Shown here one piece after another: positions 1-10,051 of a DNA stretch of 64,000 nucleotides. A model generated the notes under the pieces. The model had not been told where the DNA came from. It was given only the letters and a program-made list of their open reading frames with translations, and searched no databases. Position numbers and translations under genes: made by a program. The stretch's first letter is position 1. Every line of letters begins with the position of its first letter. Source of the stretch: Schizochytrium sp. TIO01 (Eukaryota > Protista > Bigyra: Labyrinthulomycetes); NCBI GenBank assembly GCA_004764695.1, contig SMSO01000007.1:1867270-1931269 (forward strand), given 5' to 3'.

Positions 1-817
1 TCAAGATGTTGCTTGCGTAGAGTAAGAGTGGAAAAGAGTAACAGTCTAAGGGATGATTATAAATCCCTCGGCTTGTATTTAATTTGATTAAATGTTATAT
101 TAAAAAAATACTATAGGTTTCCTATCAGGGACTAGATGAAGAAAATGCTTTAGCATTGATTATATAGTTTCTTATTACTTTAATTTCTTTTTGAAAGGGA
201 CACTGTTTTAACTTACAATTTTTCTTTTAAATAATAATAAAATAATAAAATACATGTAATATTCCGTTCTCTACCTTTTCCTTTGCCTACTAAGGAAAGG
301 CTCTGACGGCGATAAATCCATGTGTGACGCAGTACGTGGGAAAGGAGGGCGCTATGCGAGTATGTTCTCTCGGCATCTCGAGTTGTCGAGGGTCCCCGCG
401 CGCAAAATCGCCATAATCTCAGTTTTTCTTTTTTCCTTTCAATGACTAGATGAACTTTCCTTAATAGATAAATAAATAAACAAACAAACAAATAAATAAT
501 ATTATAAACCTCTTTAGCGTGCTTATCTTCCAATTATAGAAGGAGCATAGGCAGTAGTAGCGCAGGCGTTTATTTAGTTTCTAATTTAAGGCTTTAAGTT
601 CATGGAAGAAGAAAAGTGAAAATTAAAAGATATTTTATCTTGATTTAGTTATCATGGCTTATAAAATGGCGAGTAATGTTTGCAAAGGCCTTCAAGGCAA
701 GACAAGCAAGGCAAGGCAAACAAACAAGCAAGCAAGCAAATCCAAATCGATCTCAATCTCGATCGATCGATCGATCGAGTGCGAGTCCGTTCCGCCCTGC
801 GTTTCCTCGGACCCGCG

Positions 818-3800
818 ATGGTGGTCGCCACGCCCTCGATGGCGCTTTCGCGCGGCCTCTCGCGCCAGCCTGCCTTGATGCTCTCGATGGCCTCCCAGTC
901 TGCCGGCCGCCATGGTCTTCGGGCTATCGCCTCTACCTCCTTCTCTACCTCCTCCTCCCCGAGCCTCCGCATTGGTGTGCTTAAGGAGCCCGAGGCTCGC
1001 GTCGGTATGGTCCCTGAAAACCTTGACAAGCTCATCAAGAAGGGCGCTGAGGTCCGCGTCCAGGATGGTGCCGGTGCTGAAGCTGGCTTCTCCAACTCTC
1101 AGTACGAGGCCGTCGGCGCCAAGATCGTCGGCCGTGATGACGTGTGGAAGTCCGATGTCGTCGTCTCCGTGAACAAGCCTGCCAACGAGGAGCTTTCTAA
1201 GCTCGAGAACCGCATGATCGTTTCCCAGCTTCAGGCCCGCAACGACCCTTCGATCTACGATCTTCTCGCCAAGCAGAATGCATCCGGTATGTCCCTCGAC
1301 ATGCTCTTGCGTACCCTCTCTCGTGGCCAGGCCTTCGACGTTCTCAGTTCCCAGGCCAACGTCGCTGGATACAGGTCTGTCATCGAGGCAGGATACCAAT
1401 TCCAGCGTCCTTTCGCAGGCCAGATGACCGCCGCAGGCCGCATCAACCCTGCTCGAGTCCTTGTGTGCGGTACCGGTGTTGCTGGTCTCGCAGCCATCCA
1501 GGCTGCCAAGAACCTTGGTGCCATTGTGAACGCGTTCGATGTTCGCGCAGCTGCTGCAGAGCAGGTCCAGTCGATGGGAGCTACCTTCCTCAAGGTCGAG
1601 AGCGAGGAAGATGGTTCTGCCGCAGGTGGATACGCAAAGGAGATGTCTGCTGAGTGGTTCGAGGCGGCACGCAAGATGCTCCTCAAAGAGGCTGCTAAGA
1701 CTGACATTATCATCACAACTGCTCAGATTCCCGGTAAGAAGGCCCCGCTGCTCATCACCAAGGAGATGGTCGAAGCCATGCCCAGCGGTGGTGTGACTGT
1801 CGATCTTGCGGCGTCTACCGGAGGCAACGTTGAGACCACCGTCGCTGACAAGGTCGTGCAGGTGACTGGCAAGAACGGCCAGCTCATCAACTGCGTCGGC
1901 TACAGCAACATGCCTGCTCGCATGGCTTCCGTTGCTAGTACCCTGTACGGTGGCAACGTGTCTAAGCTTCTGCTCAGCATGTACGACAAGGAGGGCAACT
2001 TTGGCGTGAACGAGAAGGATGAGGCTGTACGCTCCATGCTTATCGTCAACGCTGGCAAGAAGCTTGAGCCTTACTCGCCCCCGCCCCCTCCTCCTCAACC
2101 CGAAGGCGCCGACCTTAAGGCTGCTGAGGAGAAGAAGCCCGTTGACCCCGAGCAGAAGACTCTCGAGCAGGTGCTCTACGGCACTGGTATGGCAAGCGCT
2201 GCTATCGGTGTTGGCTCCAAGGTGCCTGACACCGGCATGCTTGCGACCTTCGCTCTCTCTGTGTGGCTCGGCTCAGGATCCGTCCGTGGCGTCGCTCACT
2301 CTCTTCACTCGCCGCTCATGAGTATCACCAACGCCATCTCTGGTATGACTGTGGTTGGTGGTATGCTTCAGCTTGGCGGAGGCCTTCTCCCCCACACCGT
2401 GCCCCAGCTTCTTGCCTCGACCGCTGTGACTCTCTCTGCTGTCAACCTTACCGGAGGTTTCATGGTCACCAGCAAGATGCTCGATATGTTCAGGCGCAAG
2501 GACGACCCGCCTGAGTACTTCCACTACTACCTCATCCCCCCCGCGGTTGCTGTCGCCGGTCTTGGTGCTGCATCTCTCGTAGGTGCTAACTCCTCTGCCA
2601 TCGCTGGCACCCTCGGACTTGCCTCTGGACTTGGATGCATCGCTGGTATCTCTCAGATGTCCTCCATGACCACCTCTAGACTTGCCCCCTACGCGGCAAT
2701 GGGAGGTGTTGGCATGGGTATCGCAAGCGCTCTCCAGGCCATGGATGTCTCTGCACCGGTCTATGGACAACTTTTGCTTACAAGTGGTATTGGTGGTGCT
2801 GCAGGATACGCTCTTGCTCAGCGCATCGGACCCACTCAGCTCCCGCAGGCTGTCGCCGGATTCCACTCTCTTGTGGGTGTGGCCGCAACCTCCACTGCTG
2901 TTGGTGACTTCATGACCCACGACTTCAACCACCTCGATGGATTCCACGCATCCTCCATCTACCTTGGTGCTTTCATGGGAAGTATCACCGCTACTGGATC
3001 CGTGGTTGCCTTCGGAAAGCTTGCTGAGATGATGTCCACTGATGCTCTCAAGCTCACTGGACGTGACCAGATCAACATGGCCATGGGAGCAGGATCCCTT
3101 CTCAGCATGGCAGGATTCCTCACCACTGGCAGCCCCACTATGGCTGGAGCCTGCCTTGCTTCTGGTGTTGGACTTTCCGGTGCCATGGGTCTTCACATGA
3201 CCGCCTCCATTGGTGGTGCTGATATGCCTGTGGTCATCACCCTCCTTAACTCCTACTCTGGCTGGGCTCTCTGTGCTGAGGGAATGATCCTCGACAGCCC
3301 TGTGCTCACCATTGTTGGAGCCCTCATCGGAAGTTCCGGAGCCTTTCTTACCAACGTGATGTGCGAGGGCATGAACCGTTCCCTCGCCAACGTTATCCTC
3401 GGTGGCTTCGGCACCTCCACCAGTGGAGGTGCCGGTGTTGCCAGCGACGAAGACCTCGTTGTCACTGAAATTGACCCCGTCGGAACTGCTGAGGCTCTCA
3501 AGAACGCCTCCAAGGTCCTCTTCGTGCCTGGTTACGGTCTTGCCGTCGCACAGGCCCAGGGCATTGTTGCCGATATCTCGTCCAAGCTCAAGGCTGAGGG
3601 CAAGGTTGTGCACCACTGTGCTCACTCCGTTGCCGGACGCATGCCTGGACAGCTTAACGTCCTTCTTGCTGAGGCAGGTGTTCCTTACGATATTGTGCTC
3701 GACATGGAGGAGCTCTCTGATGAGGAGATGGAGGACTACGATGTCGCCGTTGTCATTGGCGCCAACGATACCATCAACAAGGCTGCCCGCGATGACCCTA

Positions 3801-3988
3801 CCTGTGCTATTGCCGGCATGCCTGTAATTCCCGTCTGGCTTGCTAAGCACTGCATTGTTCTCAAGCGCAGTGCCAACCCGCGCTCCGGTTACGCTAACCT
3901 TGCGAACACCACCTTTGGTGAGAGCAACTGTGACCTTCTCCTCGGATCGGCCAAGGACACCCTCGAGAAGATCCGTGCGGCCCTCTAA
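818..3988 (+). CDS. NNT: Mitochondrial proton-translocating NAD(P) transhydrogenase, fused alpha-beta (dI-dII-dIII)
   Basis: dI motifs RIGVLKE, GTGVAGLAAI, GGYAKEMS, DIIITTAQIPG, VDLAASTGGN. Membrane domain LHSPLMSITNAISG, GFHSLVG, IGGADMPVVITLLNSYSGWA, MNRS. dIII VPGYGLAVAQAQ, VAGRMPGQLNVLLAEA, GANDTIN. The ORF-track start (680) is a non-ATG codon in repeat DNA; the first in-frame ATG (818) begins an Arg/Ser/Ala-rich presequence-like segment. Confidence 0.96.
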   Translation: MVVATPSMALSRGLSRQPALMLSMASQSAGRHGLRAIASTSFSTSSSPSLRIGVLKEPEARVGMVPENLDKLIKKGAEVRVQDGAGAEAGFSNSQYEAVGAKIVGRDDVWKSDVVVSVNKPANEELSKLENRMIVSQLQARNDPSIYDLLAKQNASGMSLDMLLRTLSRGQAFDVLSSQANVAGYRSVIEAGYQFQRPFAGQMTAAGRINPARVLVCGTGVAGLAAIQAAKNLGAIVNAFDVRAAAAEQVQSMGATFLKVESEEDGSAAGGYAKEMSAEWFEAARKMLLKEAAKTDIIITTAQIPGKKAPLLITKEMVEAMPSGGVTVDLAASTGGNVETTVADKVVQVTGKNGQLINCVGYSNMPARMASVASTLYGGNVSKLLLSMYDKEGNFGVNEKDEAVRSMLIVNAGKKLEPYSPPPPPPQPEGADLKAAEEKKPVDPEQKTLEQVLYGTGMASAAIGVGSKVPDTGMLATFALSVWLGSGSVRGVAHSLHSPLMSITNAISGMTVVGGMLQLGGGLLPHTVPQLLASTAVTLSAVNLTGGFMVTSKMLDMFRRKDDPPEYFHYYLIPPAVAVAGLGAASLVGANSSAIAGTLGLASGLGCIAGISQMSSMTTSRLAPYAAMGGVGMGIASALQAMDVSAPVYGQLLLTSGIGGAAGYALAQRIGPTQLPQAVAGFHSLVGVAATSTAVGDFMTHDFNHLDGFHASSIYLGAFMGSITATGSVVAFGKLAEMMSTDALKLTGRDQINMAMGAGSLLSMAGFLTTGSPTMAGACLASGVGLSGAMGLHMTASIGGADMPVVITLLNSYSGWALCAEGMILDSPVLTIVGALIGSSGAFLTNVMCEGMNRSLANVILGGFGTSTSGGAGVASDEDLVVTEIDPVGTAEALKNASKVLFVPGYGLAVAQAQGIVADISSKLKAEGKVVHHCAHSVAGRMPGQLNVLLAEAGVPYDIVLDMEELSDEEMEDYDVAVVIGANDTINKAARDDPTCAIAGMPVIPVWLAKHCIVLKRSANPRSGYANLANTTFGESNCDLLLGSAKDTLEKIRAAL

Positions 3989-5041
3989 TTTTCTTGCTCT
4001 CTCTATTTATGTAAGAGATTTAGAGAAGATATAAAGAACCCGATGAAAACAAAACAAGAAAATAGGCAAGTACTCAATTATGATAATATGCCTCGTTCTT
4101 GCTTTGTTCATCTTACCACATCAAACCTAAAAACATTCCCCACTTTAGAGACCTCTTTCTTTCACTACTCCGCACCTATACATTAGCCATCTGATGCTCG
4201 TTCAGCTTTGTATGAACGATGTAGTAACTACTGTCTGGCAGCAAGGCAAGCGTTAATTACTACTCCCAAACCCTGAGTAATCAACCCGTTATAAATTACT
4301 AAAATTAGCCAGACTGCGGCCTCTTTTTAAGAATTGAATACAAATTGAAAAAACAAAACAATCCCAGGATCATTACTCTTATTTACCTTGATTTTGAGCA
4401 TTCACGAGTAAAGAAAACTTTAAATAGTTATCTGCTCATCTTCGGAAAATTAATTGATTATAGTTGGCAGCAACAAAATGATGAGTGCCATGAGCCAATG
4501 ATTGTGAAATCCACATTTTCAAGCTCTCTCGAAGCATTCTACTCTGATTTGATACTTTGTCATTGACGGGAATAAGACATTCCGCGATGTATCCGCACCA
4601 TCAAATGAAATATATCTCCAACTGTAAAGTTTTCTCTTGTTACCCATGTTGCATAATTCAAAGGTACTCCACTCTCCCACAAGTCAGAGACAACTCGTTC
4701 AAATCTTTTAGGCTATAAGTATAAATTTATGACAAAAGAACCATTGAGGGTACTTCCTCTGCATTTAATGATTGCACCCTTGACTTCATCTTGCTACTTA
4801 GTCGTAAAACCCCTGCCACAAACTTCTTTATTAAAGAGAAGAAGGTGCTCTGCGCTGGTTCGTAACCCGCTTCGTACGCGTGGTATAATAGCTGATGCTA
4901 AGCCTATACAACATAGTATAGCTATTTATAGTCATAGATAGCCTACTTTGGGAGATCTTCGACCTATAAAACTACCATTGTCGCAAGCCAACAGGCTCTG
5001 CCCCTATTGTCGCGAGGGAAGGAATACCTCGACACATAGTG

Positions 5042-8000
5042 ATGTCATACGAAGCCTTATTGATGGAGAGGAACGATATTGCTGTCCTCGAAAAGGAGCT
5101 CGGGCTTCTTGACGAAGAAGTTATCGATGGGAGCCCATCGTCTGATGACGAGAATGACCAACAAGAGCAATACAACGACGATCCAGCTTGTAGCAACCAA
5201 GAAAAGGAACAAACTGATACAGTAGGTAGTGAAACTGGCTGGTCCTACGATCTGTTCTCAGGTCATGGGGTTTTCAACTTTGGAGGCGACCAAAATGGCA
5301 AAAGAATTGTTGGAACGGACGCAGTACATATCACATATTTGCCAGGTAATGACCTACTTGGGAAATATAAGACTGAAAGCAGCCAAGTCCTGAGTAATGC
5401 ACGCAGCACTCTGGGAGTACCCAACACACACAAACTCACACCTTTAGATGCTCTTCATGCGGCATTACCACCGCGTTGGAAAGAGATCTTTGCTGATTGG
5501 CTAAATTCCTGTTCTTCCCAGTCCGATGATTTTGTTCAGATTTCACACGAAGACATTCTGCATTATATGCTTGTAGAAGTTGCAATGCGTGCTCGAGGAC
5601 ACTCTTATGCCGTTGCCTCGAGGTCAAATGCATGGACACCTGACGATGCCAAAGGGTTCCTGAGAGTGCGCAAGGCAATGGCATTAGATAAACCTTGCCA
5701 ACCGGTCTCCCCGCCTGGCCTCCCGGCCCTAGGCTTGTTAGATTTACCTGACGCAGTTAGCTCACACTTGGCTATGCTCCAAGATGATGCGCAACAACAC
5801 TTCACCAAGCTTTTCTTTGTTCCTGGTATCACATGTGTTCAAATGCACGTCGACAAGTGCCACCCACGTCAGCATATCTCCAACGAATGGGAGCGGTACA
5901 GTACCTGTGCTGATAACGCAAAAAAGGGCAGACATCAAGCTAATATTCACCTATCTTTGTCTGTCGCAACTGGTTGTGTTTTACAAGGTTTTCTCGAAAG
6001 TGCGCGCATGAAAACTAAGGATATCATAACGCGCTCTCTTCAACAGCTGCTCATTACAGGGACAGACGAGACGCAACTAATGGAACCACCACAGCGAGAA
6101 AAGCTAGTGATTTGCGTTGATCGAGAGTACCTTGAATCAACAAGCCAGTCTTGGGATGGACGTAGAACAAATATCCTACAAATGCTAATTCACAATGGCG
6201 TTCGCTTTATTGGGGAATATACGGCATTACAACGAACACCCATGCCCACAAGGAGTTTCCCATTTCCAGAACCCAGACCCCCTGCAGCATCAAGTGGAGA
6301 TTTTTGTAAATATACCAGTACAAGAGCATGTAGGTTTTATCAGGCCTCGTGTCAGCTCCAGGATGGATCCAATATAGGGGCCATCCTTTTCGAACGAGGC
6401 GATGGAAAGGATCATTCTAGTCGGCTAGTTACGAATCAAGCAGACTTATTACAGCAAGAGTGGTCGTACGATGTTAAGACGACCGATCTGAAAGCTGATC
6501 ATCCAGGAGGGGTTCGCAGACTTCCTCACCGTAAGAGTAGTCAAAGTCAAAGCGATCCTGGACATATCGAGACAACTTCAAATGTGTCTAGTTCTACGCT
6601 CCTGGACCAGATGGAAACCAAACTTTATCAACTTGCTCTTGCCCAGAATACACCAGATTGGAAATTACAAGGCTACTTTCGTGCAACAAGCATCACAGCG
6701 TTTGTCAGCATGAACTTCGAGAATGCGGATTTTATCCATACGCGTCAATTGACTGCTCTGCACAAATATGTCAAGGATTTGGCATGTTTGTGTCCGAAAC
6801 GATCTCTCAAGGTTGACCCTGTAGAAAAAGCATCGACGGAGCGTGGGCAAAAAAGGAAACATAGCGCAGAAATTGAAGAGTTTACTGCGAGTTTTTGGTC
6901 TCAAAAACTTAAAACCAGAGCAAATCTAGAGAAAAAGCTTCTTGAGCTTGATAAGAACGCTTCCCTTCAAGGTCGAAACCTAGATCTTGCCAATCGAATT
7001 GCTCATACGCTGTCAAACACAGCGCATTCTGTACGTGAAAGCCGAAGCGCCCAAATAAACAAAGAACCTGCAGTCTGTTCGGATGGTAATAATAGTGATG
7101 ATGAGGAGGAGTTGGGAGATCAAGATGTCCCTCTAAATGTATGGCTAGCACGTCAAGAGCAGAAGGAAGGTGAAAATGGGGATTTACCTGCAATTGAGCA
7201 AGGTAATGATGACGTTGATTCTGGCCAAGACATTACAGGAGCATCATCCTCCAGCAGACAGGCTCTATTTCTCAAAACTGTGCTTAAGAGCTGGTTTTGT
7301 AAGTCCAATATATTGACAAATCATTCCCTTTGTGTAATTAGCCATTCTACAATCACACCAAGTGCACGTGAAAATATCCTTATTCACAATATGAAGTCTT
7401 TTGTAGAGAGGGTTTCTAATGGGCGGCTCAAGATAGACAACCTACGTGGCTATGGTCTTTTGGCAAGACGCGATATGCCGTTTCTTGCAGCAGCACCTGA
7501 CGGAACAGGAGTTCTTCTTGAGAGCCAAGGTGACAATGATTTTTCAGTCGACGGGGCCTTTGCGCTGAAGATCAACATGTACAGCTCTTCAACACAACAA
7601 ACTGAATTGGAATCTCGCTTCAAACGTCTCGGGGCTCTTCGCCAATGCCAATGTGGCACGTATGAGTTCCGAAGCCTTGTTCCAAGTCCATCGCAACGGG
7701 CTCAATACATTCATCTCGCAGCCGTTTTGGATGTCCCGATCACGTTGATCATAAACTCTACTGCAACAGAGACTTTGCAGCTAATTCTATTACGTGTATC
7801 CGAGACTGAAAGGGCCATGTGGAGGACCTATTTGGATACTCTTCAGAAAGAGTATCTGAAGTTTGCCTACGGTCCTGAACTTCAACCAATGCCTGAGATT
7901 GCACCTCGAGGCTCAAAAATCTTTGGCTTTGTACGAGATCATTACACTGTTGAACTCCACCTTCAGCTTTGGAGACGGCATTATGAGGACATTGTACTGA

Positions 8001-8773
8001 ATGGAACACCACCTCCCTGCACGAAATTTCTTCCCAAGATTGTATCATCTTTCTCTCAAATGGCCAAACAAAGCGGTTTTCTCCGAAGCTCTCTCTCTGG
8101 GTCAGTTGTCACCAAAACTAGTCTTTCTCTAAACAGTCTTATTTGGACTAGCTTCTTCAGCTACATTTTGTATAATGCATACCGCATATATCAACTTTCC
8201 CTTGTGGACAGGAGCGGTAAAGAATACAACTCCTTCGAAGAGCTTATGCGGGAACGTTCTCGATTCTACTACAGGGGGTTTCTAGAGCAACTGCTTAGTG
8301 CTATGCACTCAGACATGGCTGCTGCTAAAAAAAACGCTCATATTGCTGGAGACCAACCACACAACATGCTGGTTACCCCTGCGTCCAACAGCCTTGTGAT
8401 AGGACCTGTCCAACCTACATCCAGTAGCTCCGAAGATGCTGAGCACTCGATGCATAACTCTGGCGATGTAAAACGCAAGGCCTACCGATACAAGCGGTTG
8501 CCAGAATTGCTGAAGATGCGCTTTGAACTTCCCCGTGAGCACCATCGCGCATCTATTGCAGCGCGTGGAAAACCTGCAGAGCGACGCAAGTGTATTCTAT
8601 GTTGTCAAAAATGCGATGCGGCTCACAGAGGAAACGAGCAAGCAGGTCCTCACTCTCGAGTCGCGCGAACCTCGACTAAATGGTGCGTCAAATGCAAAGC
8701 AGTATTTTGCCAAAACTGTTTCGACAAATTCCATAATGACAAGGATCTTGTCATTTCCCACTATCCCTTGTAA
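5042..8773 (+). CDS. piggyBac-transposase-derived protein with internal YqaJ/lambda-exonuclease-like and SAP-like domains and C-terminal Cys-rich zinc finger
   Basis: Intact 1243-aa frame from ATG 5042. piggyBac-like blocks in order: acidic N-terminus, TPLDALHAALP..EIFADWLN, ISHEDILHYMLV, FTKLFFVPG, SVATGCVL, LVICVDREY, LIHNGVRFIG, PKIVSSF, FFSYILYNAYRIY, FLEQLL, and C-terminal CILC..WCVKCKAVFCQNCFDKFH. YqaJ-like blocks: QNTPDW..RATS, YGLLARRDMPFLAAAPDG, AQYIHLAAVLD. Confidence 0.75.
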   Translation: MSYEALLMERNDIAVLEKELGLLDEEVIDGSPSSDDENDQQEQYNDDPACSNQEKEQTDTVGSETGWSYDLFSGHGVFNFGGDQNGKRIVGTDAVHITYLPGNDLLGKYKTESSQVLSNARSTLGVPNTHKLTPLDALHAALPPRWKEIFADWLNSCSSQSDDFVQISHEDILHYMLVEVAMRARGHSYAVASRSNAWTPDDAKGFLRVRKAMALDKPCQPVSPPGLPALGLLDLPDAVSSHLAMLQDDAQQHFTKLFFVPGITCVQMHVDKCHPRQHISNEWERYSTCADNAKKGRHQANIHLSLSVATGCVLQGFLESARMKTKDIITRSLQQLLITGTDETQLMEPPQREKLVICVDREYLESTSQSWDGRRTNILQMLIHNGVRFIGEYTALQRTPMPTRSFPFPEPRPPAASSGDFCKYTSTRACRFYQASCQLQDGSNIGAILFERGDGKDHSSRLVTNQADLLQQEWSYDVKTTDLKADHPGGVRRLPHRKSSQSQSDPGHIETTSNVSSSTLLDQMETKLYQLALAQNTPDWKLQGYFRATSITAFVSMNFENADFIHTRQLTALHKYVKDLACLCPKRSLKVDPVEKASTERGQKRKHSAEIEEFTASFWSQKLKTRANLEKKLLELDKNASLQGRNLDLANRIAHTLSNTAHSVRESRSAQINKEPAVCSDGNNSDDEEELGDQDVPLNVWLARQEQKEGENGDLPAIEQGNDDVDSGQDITGASSSSRQALFLKTVLKSWFCKSNILTNHSLCVISHSTITPSARENILIHNMKSFVERVSNGRLKIDNLRGYGLLARRDMPFLAAAPDGTGVLLESQGDNDFSVDGAFALKINMYSSSTQQTELESRFKRLGALRQCQCGTYEFRSLVPSPSQRAQYIHLAAVLDVPITLIINSTATETLQLILLRVSETERAMWRTYLDTLQKEYLKFAYGPELQPMPEIAPRGSKIFGFVRDHYTVELHLQLWRRHYEDIVLNGTPPPCTKFLPKIVSSFSQMAKQSGFLRSSLSGSVVTKTSLSLNSLIWTSFFSYILYNAYRIYQLSLVDRSGKEYNSFEELMRERSRFYYRGFLEQLLSAMHSDMAAAKKNAHIAGDQPHNMLVTPASNSLVIGPVQPTSSSSEDAEHSMHNSGDVKRKAYRYKRLPELLKMRFELPREHHRASIAARGKPAERRKCILCCQKCDAAHRGNEQAGPHSRVARTSTKWCVKCKAVFCQNCFDKFHNDKDLVISHYPL

Positions 8774-9918
8774 CTCCACCATCCTGATACCAATAATATG
8801 AATGTTGCATGCTTTTCCCTTCTCTTTTCCATCTTTGAGATTTTTTTCATTTTTTTTAATTTTCCCCGAAAAGATGAAAAATGAACTTTGCTTCTTATTT
8901 TCTGCTCTCCGTCGTCCCTTTCACCGAATTCTGGCCAGATCTGACGCGGAATTACCAAAGCATAATAGCTTCACTGAGCCACTTCGCTGCCCTGGTGCGA
9001 TCAAGATTGGGCGCCTCTAGCACCGAAGGTCACGAATCCACCCTTTTATACACATTATTTTTTCAAGAGAGCATTTCATTTTTTACCTCTTAAAAATGTA
9101 TTATAATTATAATTATAAAAAATATATTTTAAAAAATTATATATAAACTTAAATGAAAAGGTAAAGAAAGGAAAGAGCAACTGAAAGGAAGAAAGGAAGA
9201 AGAAAGAACTTGAAAGGACTTGAAAGAAACGAAATGAAATTAGTACGCGCACATGTTCTCCAACGAGTGCCAAAGGTGCCTTGTTCCAGTCAAATGAGCT
9301 GGCCCAGCCAAGACTGCATTGGCTTTCGCACCGCCATTCAGACTTCGACCCCCGCGAAGTCTCAGAGCGATAGATCCTCTCCACCGAACCAGGAACCAGC
9401 AACGGCAATCGCGAACAGCCTCCTTCTTTTATGGCGCCTTTCTTACACACACATACATATATATATATACATATATATATGTACATATAACAGAGCTTAG
9501 CGAATGTGATTCGGCGCACAGCGCTCTCAACTCTTGTTCTTGGTCCTTCGAGCTCGAGCTCAGATCAGATCAGCTCCACGTTCTCCAACGCGAGCGCGGT
9601 AGGCATCCATTCACTCGTCGCTCCTCTCGACGGTTTGTTTGCACGGTCGATCGCGGAGACCAATCGGATCGATTCCAAGGACTGCTTGCTCCGTGGAGCA
9701 CAACGGCGACAGCAGCAGCAGCAGCGACAACAACAACAACAACGACAACAGCAACAACAGCAGCTTCTTCGACTGGAGAAGCGAGACTCGTGAAGCGAGA
9801 GGCAACGGAGTCGGTGGAGCGTCGAATGGAACTACTGGCGTGCCCGAGGCCCACGCTGCGCTGCGAGAGGACGAGGCAGAGATGAGCTAAGGAGAGCGAG
9901 CATGAACGCAACGAACAG

Positions 9919-10051
9919 TGAATGAATGAATGAATGAGTGAATGGATAAATGAATGAATGAGTGAATGGATAAATGAATGAATGAATGAATGAATGAATG
10001 AAAGAATGAATGAATGAATGAGTGAATGAATGAGTGAGTGAATGAATGAAT
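9919..10051. repeat. (GAAT)n / (GAGT)n microsatellite
   Basis: Direct reading of the tetranucleotide array. Confidence 0.95.

Noticed and set aside
680-817. ORF-track N-terminal extension of NNT
   Set aside because: Starts at a non-ATG codon and translates GCAA/GATC repeats; ATG 818 is the plausible start.
692-3850. Long antisense ORFs (468 and 525 aa) opposite NNT; likewise 19780-20775 opposite EMC1
   Set aside because: Shadow frames produced by strong codon bias of the real gene; no domain motifs.
4000-9300. Terminal inverted repeats or TTAA target duplication around the piggyBac-like ORF
   Set aside because: Several TTAA sites exist but none is followed or preceded by matching CCC/GGG-type inverted ends by eye, so it is not called an intact mobile element.
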